DNA of 64,000 nt from Raillietiella orientalis (GCA_036172245.1 JAYWIR010000036.1:806001-870000), one strand, 5' to 3'. Positions 27,301 through 41,599 are shown, counted from the stretch's first letter. The notes: a model not told the origin generated them from the sequence alone. Numbers and translations: made by a program.

Positions 27301-29195
27301 AACTCGTCGATTCAAGCTCGACTTTACGGGCATTCTCACTGTAATCAACTCTGGTGCGTGTTTTTATTAGGGGTGGGTGCAGCACAGGGGCATGTGGACT
27401 GAAACAGACTTCCATCCCTTTGAACAGCGTCGAAGAAGAACGTGGATGAGTTCCAAAAAGGAAACAGTCCCTTAATGTTTGCAAGCCTTTTTCTGGGGTG
27501 TTTTTGAGTATCTGGACATGTGATTGATCTAGCCTCTTCAAAGTTCCTTTTGGCAACGTGGTATTTCAAAAGTTTCCTCCAAACCGATCAGAAACCGAGC
27601 TGTACCAGAAGTTCCCACCACGAAATGAGCATTCGGATGCCCATCCCACCCGTCCCTTGCGAAACGACGGTTCAAGAGGTCGCACAGTTTAGAACACCAT
27701 TTCCGATAGGCAAACGAAATCGATCTCGATGATGAGTCACTTGGTTTCGTGCCGATGACATCCCGGGCACCGTGCGTATGTTGAGGGTCCCATCTGGGGC
27801 TCTACGGAGCCGCTTGTCCATGCGGGAAGCTGATGCCGCTAACCTTTCATGGGGTGCCGACGTAGCTTGCTCTGACGAGGCGATAAGAATTCGGGGATCA
27901 TCCGGTCTGCGTGACGAACGGTAGATCCTCCAGCATCAGCGTAGCAGCAGTCTCTTGGGAAAGTTGCCCTGACGACCACGGAGGGCGTGTCCACAAAACT
28001 GCATGTTCGAATAGCAGGATGAGCGAGCATCATGAAATTTCCCGGTTTGCAGTTTGAGATCTCGAGCGCCTCCTGAGGCTGCATGTGCTGGGAAATGAGC
28101 ATTTTCCGGGGAAGCGTTCGCAAAATTGTAGCTGTGCTGTCACGAGCTGCGGTGCCGACCGAAAGATGTCTGTCTGTATTGATGGCATGTGTCGATATGA
28201 AACCTGATATGAAATTTGCAATCAGTGTCCTGAGCTTTGTTTGTTTTTTGTTTTTTACATTTAGTATGAGGTTCAAACGTTCACCGAAAAACGGGAAACT
28301 ATGTGGTCGTTCGCTCCATATTCTGGGCAAGTACTGCAACCTGACGAAGACAGAATTCCCCCTTTACCCTGGGAAATAACAACGCAGCCTCCACAACTGT
28401 TTTGCAATGAAGTTCGGCGAATCGAAATACCCCACACTTCATTCATCAAAGTGTGCCAAAGATGCCACGGAAAACGGACAATCTCCTGTTCCCGCTGTTC
28501 TGGAAAGGGATGGGTAAGATGACCGCTGGCCGTGAACGTGATTCTAGGCGAATCCTAGATTGTCTGTGCGAACTGTCACGGCAGTAAATTCGATAACGCA
28601 AACTGCCTATACTGTCAGATGTCTGTATATGGTAACGGTCGTCAGGATTGCTCAAAGTGTCACAGCAAGGGGTATTTGGCATGTCCCATGTGTGAGGGTC
28701 ATGGACGCATACGCTGGTTTATTCTCCTTATCGTAACCTGGCAAGTTTGGACATTTTATGAATGCGTATATGGTATCCACTGTGTGCGTTAGGCAAGTAA
28801 ACACAAGTGAGCACATCGTGGAGAACAACCTGCTGCCTTCCAAATTAGTGAAGGAAGTTACTGGCAAGGTCATTTTTGAAGAAGAAGGAGCATTAGTACT
28901 GCCACTGACCAACTTTCCCGATTCAAGCATATCCTCGGCCTCTAGGCAGTTGCTCCATGAGAACGCATTACAATTCCAGGATCAACGTATTGTAGCACAG
29001 GTATGCAACAACAGTCTTGCAACAGGCTATGATTTTTGCCTGAAGAGACACCAGGTGCAACTCATTCCATTGGCTGAGGTACATTATCAGTGGAATGACA
29101 AAAGTGGTATATTCATCGTATATGGCTTTGAGTGCAAGATCTATGCCCCAGATTATCCACAGAAGTGCTGCTGTACTTGCTGCCTGCTCTTATAA
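21328..29195 (+). CDS. SSUH2: SSUH2 (ssu-2 homolog), paralog B (~361 aa; six CxxC motifs; C-terminal CCCTCCLLL CaaX)
   Basis: Exons 21328-21427, 23966-24162, 28265-28513, 28559-28740, 28793-29000 and 29046-29195, total 1086 nt, in frame. Motifs I recognise as SSUH2-family: PSAPP..GYE, EEECKAALLRYV, YEVQTFTE..W.F.PY, EIPHTSFIKVCQRCHG, RHQVQLIPLAEVHY, YG...IYAPDYP.KCCC. The intron at 28741-28792 is GC-AG. Confidence 0.88.
24800..25560 (-). mobile_element. Decayed non-LTR reverse transcriptase remnant in SSUH2-B intron 2
   Basis: Ordered degenerate RT motifs on minus: GSSSPIYFCLSL (G.PLSP.LF), ANDL (YADD), MGVLV (YLG), SGFVWG. Confidence 0.4.
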
Positions 29196-29212
29196 GCAGA
29201 AACGTCAAAGAC

Positions 29213-30702
<1,490 letters not shown>

Positions 30703-33700
30703 GTTTCCTCGGTTAGAAATTCATCCACATGTCATCTCTGGTAGACGCACTGATCGGTAATTCAAATGACCGGATTATCTGCACGTTTACCGGTACATCA
30801 TTTCGCATCAAGCAATTGCACGGGCCGGTTTGAACGTCGGGAGGACGCGTGCTGACATCTGTTGCGAGAGCAGAGAACGTGCGTGCCGGGCCCCATCCTT
30901 GGTGAAGGGGAAAGGCGGCCGCGACGCTGGGCTGAAACCTTTCTCCGAAGAAAGCATGCAGTTTGCCAGGAGGGAAGTCTTTCGCAGAGCCCCAAGACCA
31001 CAAGGAGCCAGCACAGAGCCAGAATTGCGCGCGTGTGTGTGTGTGTGTGTGTTTTGTTTCTGGCTTCCAGCAGTCTGCTTTCAACGAGAAAATTTCTTCT
31101 GCCTTCTCAAATGAAATTTCCTCTTTCTATTTTGCAGTTTACTTTGTCTTTTTAGGAATGGTTTTCACCTAGCAGTGCCCAAAGATCGTGTATGGAAGAG
31201 ACTAGGCACACCTCGTGCGGTACACGAGGTATCAGCAATTTCACGTTAGAGGAATCCGATGTGGTGGCTGTTGACATTTGGATACACTCGAAAATTTGAA
31301 CTGTGTTTTGCTTAGCTCTCTCTCCCACCCTTTCCTTCACCTCCACGTACGCCTGGAAGAGATGCTCCGAAAAGCGTCCGAAAACACCTCGGAAAACAGT
31401 CAAAGACATTATCGCTGTTTGGCATTGGCTTCATGCTCTGGAAACCAGGTGGATCCTGGTTTTCCAGTTCCGTGTGCCATCGAGACAGCAGCCCGCATGT
31501 GTTACATTTTCACATGCTGTTTGCAATTACGGATCATCAGTATTTCACATACCTCGATGGAATAAACCAAGATACAATAATAAAGCAGGATTTCTGTCTC
31601 AAACAGATGCGTGCTCGCATCGATACGTGCGAAGATCTGAGAAGACCCAGAAAGTCAGCAAACATCCGGTTTGTGTACCGGTACAATAGTACCAAATTCG
31701 AAGCTTGCAGCTTTGTGAACGTTGGTCATCATTCAACTAACGATTGACAACTAAAGATGTCCGTGTGACTGACTGCACTTAAAACGGATGCTGCTCCAAA
31801 AGCAATGGAGACTCCGTTTTGGTTATCGCGTCAAAGGTTCAGCGCTGCCCTCAATGTTTCGTGACGTATGGCTCCAGACCGGTCCGAGATGTGACATGGA
31901 CTCATGATGGTCTCATGCTACTCTTTTCAGAGCTTGGAGTCCAGTTTGCCAGGATGATGACGCGAGGCGTAGGGAAGCATTTGATGGATCCTTGATATTT
32001 TGATTCAAAAATTATTTTCTAAAACTCTTTAAGCATTTTTTTTTTAAACCCCCGGCAATGAAACCGTATCGGGCGGTTTCTTTATTGACATGTGTTAGGT
32101 TTACACATGTGATAGCTTCGCCATTGAGGATGCATGCAGCATCAGCTTTTCGACATGATCGCGTGTAGATACCATCGCGTTTTAACCAGAGGTGGTCTTT
32201 CCTTGGTGATCTTCAATCCAGTTGATGAATCTTGAATGTCGATAAGTCCGAGTCCTGGTTTGGATAATGAATGGATCTGGTTAAAGGGTGGCATTCTTTT
32301 ACAGCGTTCATGTTTGGGGCATAGGTGATCCAGGAGTAAACCTGAATACTGGATCTTTACGATCCAGGCTTCGAGTTTACCGGTGCGAACCATCTTGAGA
32401 ATCTGGGGATGCAAGCATGGGTTGGAAGCAGTCAAGTACCCTTTTCTCGGATGAACCATCTTGGGTGGTTCAATACAAAGATGTTTCATTATGTTATGAA
32501 ACATTCACCCTTGGCCCTCATAACATACGTTTATAACCTCATAACTTCAGACAGGTCGTGGCTTCTGTTCCAGAGGTGTATCTTAATACTTTCTAAACTC
32601 TCTGCAATTAGTAAAGAGCAAATAGATGCATAAGTAACATGGGTCAAAAACGCCAGCAGAAGAAAGGGAAAAATGGCAGAGTTACCTTTCCATGGAGATT
32701 TGAGGTGACTGTTCAACATATGGGGCCAGGGTAAAAGTTATAAGATGTGGAGCACTGTTGCTACTCTGCCAGCAAACATGGCAGTGCAAACACAGGCAAA
32801 GAAACTTTCTACAAGAACTCGAGTTTCAGCTATCATAGCTTCAGTGAAAGTAATGCAGAAAAAAAAGTGGCAATACAGATGAAAGATCAAACTGTATTCA
32901 AGGGCATGGATATGTGCACTTTATCAAAGCAAGCAAGCATGTATGTTTGGGACATGCCAAGCACTTGGCTAGGATTAAGTGCTTTTGCTAAGCCCCTCAA
33001 TCACTCTCTTCCAGGAGGAGATTACTGACATATTTCTTCCCATTACCAAACCCTAAGGGAGTGAGAATGGACAGCCACCTGAAACTGATTGTTCCCATAA
33101 GTAAATAGAACAAAAAATCTGGCACCAAACTGGCAATGCCCAGAAAACAGGTGATGAGAAATCAAGATAATTTTCATGTGTAAGTAACTGTGTATAAAAA
33201 ATTAAAAATGATTCCTTCATCCCTTATGTACCATAAAAGTAAAGTCATGATCCATCATTTGGCATTGAAATCCCCCCCCCCCCTTTTTTTTTAACTTGTG
33301 AAATTCATTAATTCTGTTTGCAAACTCTGTTTAACAATTCTCGCAGCCTAGTAAGCTCTGCATGAATTCTCCAGACTTATGGCAGGATCTTAGTTCTCAT
33401 GTTCTTAAAATTCTTATGTCATATAGGCCTACTTGCTTGCTCAAGAAACTATGCAGTACGAAATGACATAAAGGGATTCATTTTTTGGATCCATTCTGCA
33501 CTTTGCCAATTCAAAACTCATATTAGGCAAACATCAGACAAGTAGCAATTTACACAAAACCACTTTGCTGATTGCACACACAATGTGAAACTTGCATTTC
33601 TTGACCTTTTTTTACTGATTAAATACTGATTAATTGGCTGCTAGTCACTCTCCAGGCTTTTGATATAATTACTTTTCTGCATTCATTTGCCCTATATAAA

Positions 33701-34229
33701 GTTGAATACTTCAAGTAATTTTACCATAGTAACACATACCTAGATAACACCAGCTGTTATAAACTGGGCTATGAAACGTTGCCTGAAAACAAAACAAGAC
33801 AAAAAAAAAGGAAATCGTATGTCTCAGAAAATACCCTGGAAACATACATGAAAGAACTAAAAGTGAGATCAGAACAGTCCAACCAAATAACAATAAAACA
33901 ATCATTCTGGAAATTTTTTATTTCATTATAACTGTAGGTACAGCAAGAAAAGCTTATGCAGAAACTTATGTAAATGGATTTGCACAAATTCATTTAGTTT
34001 TCAATCAAAAACTCTTTGATAACTTGAAATCAATAAATCTTGTTTTAAACGATTTTTTTTTTTTTTTCCAATACACAAGGTATTTTAATAGGACTAGAAT
34101 TCAGTGAAATTTTTCCAGATGTTATGCAACCTATCCAACCATGAAAACAGAAAAAAAAAAAAAAAAAACCACCTACTCTGACATTTGTTTTTTTGGTTTA
34201 TCACAGAATTTGTAACAACCATGTTTGCA

Positions 34230-35184
34230 TTAAGAGCACTGGGTATAAGTTGTGATCACATTACCAACTCTTTGGGTAACCGTATGGCAACTACCTCTAT
34301 GCTGACGTCTGGCTTGGGAATGACTGTTGTGAAAACTATGAAATCCCCTTAAATTTGAGGAGAATATGTTTTCATCCTAGAATTAATTTATAACGGTTAG
34401 ATCTACATGTAAAGCAATATCTGGTATCTTACATCAAACAGGGAATTGAAGCCAAATGAATGCTGATTGGAAGAACCAAAGAAATCATCACTAAAGTCCT
34501 TGAACATGTCATCGAAACTAAAGTCAAAGGAATGTGGGGTTCCTCTTCCCTCTTGCTGTGTCGTCTCCCCAAACTGATCGTACTGTTTTCTCTTTTCCTT
34601 ATCCGACAGAACGTCATATGCTGGAAAACCGAACAACTTTTGACTACCATTTCACAAGGTCAACGACGCGCCTTCCAAACGCGAAGTCATCGGGGCAAAG
34701 AGGGGCCAGCGGCAACGACTTCATCACTCAAAGCATGGCGAGGATGACGAGCATTCAGTGGGGCAGGTGGACCAAGTGGGCGCTCGCGGCAAAACCCAGC
34801 TGGTCCCACCTGCTTGCGATGGGACATGCCACCCCACCCCACCCCCCAAAAAAAAACTCGGGGACGGAGGAGACAAAAAAAAAGGGGGGAGGGGGGGGGG
34901 GGCCTCGGAAGCTTCGGAGTGAAAATCCGCAACTCAACAACCCCAACCGTCTTCCACCACCGTTTACCTTGCGCGATTTCTTGAAATTTTTCCTGAGCTC
35001 CTGGCTCCTGGTTTTTGTCTGGGTGGTACTTCAGCGCCAGGGAACGGAAAGCCTTGCGTATCTGCTGATCGTTGGCGTTCCTCTTCACGCCCAGGATGCT
35101 GTAGTAGTCTCGTGATTTGCCGTCCGCGGCGAGAGCACACAGCAAGAAGATCAGCCCGAGCACGAACTTTGCAGAGGATGCCAT
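34230..35184 (-). CDS. DNAJB9: DnaJ homolog subfamily B member 9 (ERdj4)-like ER co-chaperone (~183 aa)
   Basis: Exons 35184-34968, 34620-34433 and 34376-34230, total 552 nt. Signal peptide [21 protein letters not shown] domain [32 protein letters not shown]-rich region; C-terminal [19 protein letters not shown] characteristic of DNAJB9. Confidence 0.92.
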
Positions 35185-35652
35185 CGCTTGCCCGCCGTCA
35201 CGCTTCAGCCATCGCACGCGGCAGCAGCCCGCACAGCTCGATTGGACGCGGCCTCGCGACGCCCCCCCCACCCTCGGCCCTCCCCCTCCCCCCGCGTCCC
35301 TCATACGCAGAACCCCGCGCGCCGCTGAGTGCGATCGCCGCGCTGATTGGCCCGCGCGAGGAAGCGGCGCACACGGACGGGAAGGGCACAGCCCATCTGT
35401 GCAGCCCGCGTCGCAGACAAGCCGTATAAATAGCAATCATGTTCCACATCGTCTGAATCCTGGGAATTTGGGGTAGGTCAATGGCGTGTGTATTGAAATT
35501 GCTGGGATGGATTGGTTCCGTAATGTCGCGGAGAGGAGCTTACTCTTCTTTTTTTTTAATTCGTTTTCTTTCTTTCTCCCCTCCCCCCCCTTCTCCCATT
35601 TTTTGTTTTCCTTTTGCATGTAGCCCACTATTTAGCCGTAAGTCAGCGGAAA
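35185..35652. promoter_or_regulatory. Putative bidirectional promoter / 5'UTRs of DNAJB9 and CRBN
   Basis: 468 nt between divergent ATGs. GC/CpG-rich part 35190-35420; ATTGG (CCAAT) at 35241, 35346 and 35511; TATAAATA at 35425-35432 on +. Confidence 0.55.
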
Positions 35653-37111
35653 ATGAACGGCGACGATGATTCAGAAATGGAACCCGTGGATGCAAACGAA
35701 CTGTTTTCACTTGACTCGGAAGGCAACCTGGCAGAGACCGAAAATGCCAGTGCAGCATGCAATGAGCGAAGGGAAATCTTTGACCTCTCCTTGCCTTCAC
35801 AGCACTCTGTGAGAACAAAGTGCCATAGTAATCTGTCGTTCAGGCCATGATTTTTTAGTACCTCGGCCTAGAGATGGAGTACCTCAGCGGTCGAACGATT
35901 CTAGATGATGCAGCATGCATAAAGTTACCACTGCTTTCCAATTTGGCTGAATTTAAAGCTGCAGTTATTCCAGGGCAAACTATACCCCTCTCGATTTATC
36001 ACCCAGGAGAAGTCAGCATGATTAAAAAAGTGATTGAAAAGGACCGTACCTTCGGAATTCGGTGAGTAGCATATGGCACCGGAGATCTTATCATGAAGTG
36101 ATAGCTGCTCATCACAAGCTCGAATTGGTACCACAGTAGAGGTGTTTGAATTCAAAGACCAGAGTGCACCTAATGAACCTTTACACATTAAAGTGAAAGG
36201 TCGACAGCGATTCCAAGTTTTAGATACAGAAAATCAACTTAATGGGTACAAAACATTCAGTCTATATCTGTGACTTTTTCTTAAACTAGGCTTGAGATTG
36301 GAAATGTGCAAATTCTTCCAGAAATTGAATTGTCAGCACCTTTACAGAGTATACAACTGTGGAGGAGCATAAACAAGCAGTTTCCTGAGAATGTGGATCG
36401 AGAAAATCCATCTGCTTGGCACAAAGAAAGTCAAAAGTATCTGTTGACCCCATGGCCATCTTGGGTTTACAAACAGTATTTGCCCTTACATCTAGTAATG
36501 CGCATTCTGCAGCATCTGAAAGAATCAAGAATGTCAGAACAGTTGAAACTGATAGTTCCAAAAGATCCACAACAGCTTTCATACTGGCTGGCAGCTAATC
36601 TCCCCCTTGATAACAGACATAGGTTGGCCCTGCTTGCTCTCAATTGTACTATTCAGCGTCTTCGCTATCTTCTGAGCATTTTGGAAAAGGTAAGTTTTTT
36701 TTTTTTTTTTTTAACAATGCTGAAAATCTGCACTGTTTCATTACACAGTGGAAAATGATGATATGTCGCCAATGTGGAGAAAGCATCAGCTTGCAGCATC
36801 AACTCTTGCCCATGTCTTTAGAAGGCCCCCAAGGGGCCTACATTAATAGTTACGGCTATGTTCATGAAACATTGACAGTAGGAGAGGCTCAGAACCTGCA
36901 GTTAATAGGGAACCCCTACTGTGAATACAGCTGGTTTCCAGGATATGCATGGCATGTAGCACAGTGTGCCTCTTGCCATAATCATATTGGCTGGAAGTTT
37001 TTGGCTACAAACAATAACCTTAAACCTGCATACTTTTGGGGATTAAGTCGTCGTTCTATCACAGCTCAGTTAGTACCTCAGCAAGGGCGTCCATTACAAC
37101 CTGTTATTTAA
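35653..37111 (+). CDS. CRBN: Cereblon (LON substrate-binding domain + CULT/thalidomide-binding domain; ~420 aa)
   Basis: Exons 35653-35808, 35859-36061, 36105-36245, 36290-36689 and 36749-37111, total 1263 nt, GT-AG introns of 43-59 nt. FDLSLPSQHSYLG, IPGQTIPL, KGRQRF, LTPWPSWVYKQY, LSYWLAANLPLD; zinc ligands CRQC and CASC; YSWFPGYAW and HIGWKF tri-Trp pocket. Confidence 0.95.
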
Positions 37112-37149
37112 TCAAAAACAAAAAACAATTGCAATTTATTTTTGAAAGA

Positions 37150-38465
37150 CTAGGACACTTCCATGGTTGGAACACTCATGCTACTGTTTGTGTCCAGGAA
37201 CAGAAGTTGAGTATTGTCTATTCTATTATCATTGCTCACAGCTTCTTCAAAACATGCTAATAAACTATCATCTTGAGGTTGCCTACTATTTTGCTCTTTT
37301 TCTCCATCTAGCTTTCCATCACCATCCCAATCAATTTTAAACCTGGTTACTCTGGGTGCTGTGGCCAAAATATTGCGGGTCATCTAGAGGAGTTTAGCTT
37401 AAGAGGAAAGTGGCCTGGAACAAGGGTCACCTTATCATAAATAGGAGTTGGAGGTGGATTCTCTCTCATCTCCTGGTCCAAATATTCATTATTTACATAA
37501 TAACCAACACGGATAAATTCTTGCCCTTTGTATGAACAAGTCAATAGCACTACTGTTACTCCCACAGCATCTTGCAATGGAATCTTGCTAGTATCAGGAG
37601 GATCAGCCTTAAAGCACAACAAATAACTGATGAACTTATTAACTGACGAACTTACTTGAAACACAAACATGTGCCTCCCCTCTGGAACTGGACCAACATA
37701 TACAGTATCTAAGATCTGGTCATACTCTTCACTTTCTGCTGACCCAACATAAATTATCTTCCACTCCAAGTCTTTAGGATAACTTATATCAACTATTGCA
37801 ACAAACTTACATCAACCAATAATTTTCCAAATATTTGCATCTAACATGCAAATATTTGAAATGCCATGGACTGCACAGTACACAATAAAGCAAGCAAATT
37901 TAAATGAGCATGTCTTGTGAATTCAATGCATTTACTATGTTAAACGAACATTGCTGCAGCAAACAATAAATAATACAATAAAAAAAAATACAAAACTCAT
38001 CAACTGGGTTCTTTACATTTATACTTTACTTCAAAATGTAGATTACATCAAGGTGCATATGGGATTTCTGCGATTGCGCCAGTTTCAGTGAAACGCACAA
38101 ACTTTGGATCTGATATGCTTGAATTCATATGAAGCAAATTTTGTGATCATTATGAGCTCGAAATGCTTTATCACAGATAATCACTTTCAAATGCTTTGAA
38201 ACTAATTTGGATAATTAAATCCGATGCTTATTCCTGATAAGCATGCGTTAACTAGTATTTCCAATACCACTTAAACTACTCCCAAACTGATAATACCCAC
38301 AGTGAAAAACAGTTTACTCCGATGCGACATATTGAAATTAAGTTGCATCCTCTTACCTTCCGCTAGATCTTCTATACACTCAAATGTTATTTCGAATTGA
38401 AAAGGATTATTAAAGGGTGATGGATTGTCCAATACAATTACATTTGAAATATGCACTTTAGCCAT
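37150..38465 (-). CDS. ASF1: Histone H3/H4 chaperone ASF1 (~211 aa)
   Basis: Exons 38465-38357, 37771-37656, 37607-37431 and 37383-37150, total 636 nt. [94 protein letters not shown] on minus at 37135-37140. Confidence 0.96.
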
Positions 38466-38606
38466 ATGTTTCTATACCCGTTTCGAATTCCGTCACTGTT
38501 CACACAAGTGAAAAAGGCTGATATAAAGCCATAAAACTTCACTCACACACAAACAAAACACAAACACTTTGAATGATATTTCATAAATTAAATTCCTACT
38601 TTCTTT

Positions 38607-39180
38607 ATGTTATCAAATTTTTGGCGGGTGAAAAACAAATTACCAGAGGAACTTATACGTTTTCTTCTCATTGACCCTATTTTGGGAAAAAGTTTCACAA
38701 ATAATTGCGGCAAAATTTCAAGCATTTCTTTAAAGGCATATTAAAAATATGAGAGAAAGACATAAACATCACACAGGAATTATTTAAGGAATGTAGTCAG
38801 TTTTTCACAAAAATCCAACATATCGTATCCGAATTCTCCTTTGAAGAGCATCAGGTACCACAAAAAAGAATTCAGAAATTTCAGATGTGTTACTCGGAGA
38901 TGCCTATAGGGAAAACTCAAGACGGTAAAAAGTTATACTTGGAAAGATGTTCTCCAAATACAACATTTGGAGAACTTGTTTCCAACTCTTTTGTAATATG
39001 CATCGCTTCAGTGGTTTACACTGTTTTAGCAAAAATTCTGCATGCCTCGGTCGAGTCTATACTGCTTGGTTGCAAGTACAGCAAGAAAGAAGCCAAGGAG
39101 AAATCCAGAGCGAGCTTTATCTTGTACAGCATTTCCAGAAAATAAAGAAGAATGTATCGATTAGAAGATGTAGATCTTAA
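38607..39180 (+). CDS. Candidate small orphan gene divergent from ASF1 (~139 aa, no recognisable family)
   Basis: Exons 38607-38691, 38754-38854, 38910-38992 and 39030-39180 join in frame through GT-AG introns of 62, 55 and 37 nt, close to local intron sizes. The first acceptor is weak, and the nearer AG would introduce a stop. Confidence 0.3.
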
Positions 39181-41599
39181 AGCTTGAAAATACACGATAA
39201 AACCACTGTCTACGTTGTCTAGATTACTACGTTACCTGAATCGTGCTCTATGTTATGCGTTTTAAGGATGTGAGCTAAAATATTCCTCGAGTTGATTATC
39301 AAGAAATTCTATTTCTTCATGATATAAAACCCATCGCTTTCAAACAAAGTTGCATTTCCGCTTTCTTGTGACTTTCGAATAGTATCCCTTTTGTTTTTCT
39401 TATTTCCTTTTTTTCCCCTACTCACTGGGCTCATTTATCTAGTGGAAATCCCGTGGTATTCTTAAATTGCAACTCACATTTGTATGCAGAGAGAGTCCTT
39501 ATTGCATAAAAGAGAATGAATTCATTACATTTAAGCCTAAGTCTTTTGATTTCCCGAAATTACCGAAAACAAGCTAATTCTAGTAAATCAAACTTGCAAG
39601 CGTTTCATAATGAAAGGTAGAAAACTTTGAGTACTCTTGGACTTTGGTTCCTAAACAGACCAGCATCTGAAAGATGATTTTTTTAATTTAGATTCCAATC
39701 AATCTTATTATGTAACCAATAATCGAAAGCATAGCATCTGAAATGTCAACATTTGTATGACTACCCTATTGAACAAAAAAGAACAAAAACGAGAGAGTCG
39801 ATCATTTAATCTAACTATGACGATCACTTAGTTGATTTAAACAACCATCGAAAAAGGATCAAAATCTGTGTAAACATCTGCTACATATTGATAATGCACT
39901 CATTAGTAACTTAATAATGATAATGGGCAGTTAATATAAAAATTTGAATTTCAGATAATTTGAAGTTAACAACAAAGGTAGAGAGCAAAACTGCGTTTTG
40001 CTATTCAATTAAATGACGCCTTTTTTTCCTTTTTTTGTTTTTTCTTTCGATAGAGTTCAGAACTTGGCAGAATCAAAAGAATTAGCATAATCATCTGTGA
40101 GAGAGTTTGCCTCTTTTGGCCGAAACTAACTCTGGAGGATCAATATATAGCCAACCGAATTAGACTTTTTACGTGAATTGCAATTCTGTTCACAAGGGTG
40201 AAAGCTGATTCGATTCTCCCCGAAGCGATTAGCAGAACTTGCCTTTTTCTTAACACCCCAAACTTTTCAGTGGCTTTAAATGGCAAATGAACTTGAAAGA
40301 GAAGGAATTATTTACGTTTAATTTTCGTACTCCTCCAAATCGTAAAGTACTAAAGTGAACTCAGTCTAGATGACGAAGCAAAGAGATAGATGAAGAAGCA
40401 AATCACTGTCTCGCTTCAAGCATTCAATCTGTTTCATCGTGTCTCTCGTGGTATAGAGATTGCCAATGTTTCGTAGCTCTCATCTAGACATTTCTTGAAT
40501 GGACTTTCTGAACATCGATGCGTTCACTTGCATGTTTTTAGGGAAACTGAGTTCATCTTTCATGACCTCGTTGAACCACGTAAAATCTTTCAATTCCAGT
40601 GATGGGCCTCTTTACATCTTTGCTAGGTCTTATCATCTTTCCACCTATACCGTAAGTTTCTGTTCCGTTCCCCAGTCGGATTTGCCCTGGGAAATGAATT
40701 TAATCTTCCTTTTAACTTTTACAAAAACCAATTGGGAAGTAACCGTGAAAAGCCGTTTTTATGAAACACCACACTTGTTTTCACCACGGACTTCTTCCTT
40801 GGCTGTTTCGAGCTTTTGACCAGGCCATGCTTGTTCTCCGGTGCGCGGAGTGGCAGATCGAGGTAATAAGAGAAGCACATAAGTTTCTACTCTCGAGAGA
40901 GACGTGAGAGATATGTTACATTTAAAGTATCACCGAAAGCCGTTGATGATACCATTTTTCTTCCTACACAGAAATATCTGATCGTGTGTTTATATTTTAT
41001 GTTCTTTTTTTTTTTTCTTCCAATATTCAACGAAACACAAATGACCCTCCGATGACAAGAATATTCGGTTCCATAGGAAACACCCTGGGATGCAAAATCG
41101 TGTCAAGAGGAACTCGGAACGCATCTTAAAAAACTTGATCAATTCGTTGTTACGTTGAAAATAAAGATATAAAAAATCAGAAAGATTGTCTCGGGTTTGA
41201 AAGACTGCGATTCCTGAAACCTGCTGATGAATCGGATGACGTCACAAGTAGTGCGAATCCGGATCTCCGTGCTCGAGTCCACGCTGCCGAAATCTTGCTT
41301 CTCACTCTGCCCTTTTACCCCCTACACCTCCTCAATTTGTACCCTTGGTCTCTGGACGCAGTGTTCTTTGAAAGTGCGGCGCTGCTTGCTCGTGCCTCGC
41401 AAGGAATCCTCAAGGAATTCCTGATTTGCATCTCCAGATCTCTGAAATCCCGTTTACGGGTGACACCTTCGTTTCTCGTCGGGGGAGCACCCCGTTAGTC
41501 TCTCCGTGTCTTAAGCCCCGAGCGAGGTTGAAAAGAGCGCCAGTAAGAAGAGCGCTCTGTGCTGCTGCCGTCCTCTTCAACCAAGTTCAACTACGTTCC

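Noticed and set aside
32142..32504. Possible further copy of LINE family X (PGLGLID..ITKERPPLV)
   Set aside because: Similarity is limited to one short block; not enough to call without an alignment.
40480..40830. Coding-looking minus frame (QKLETAKEEVRG..ELKDFTWFNEVMKDEL)
   Set aside because: Several in-frame stops, and I could not remove them with plausible introns.
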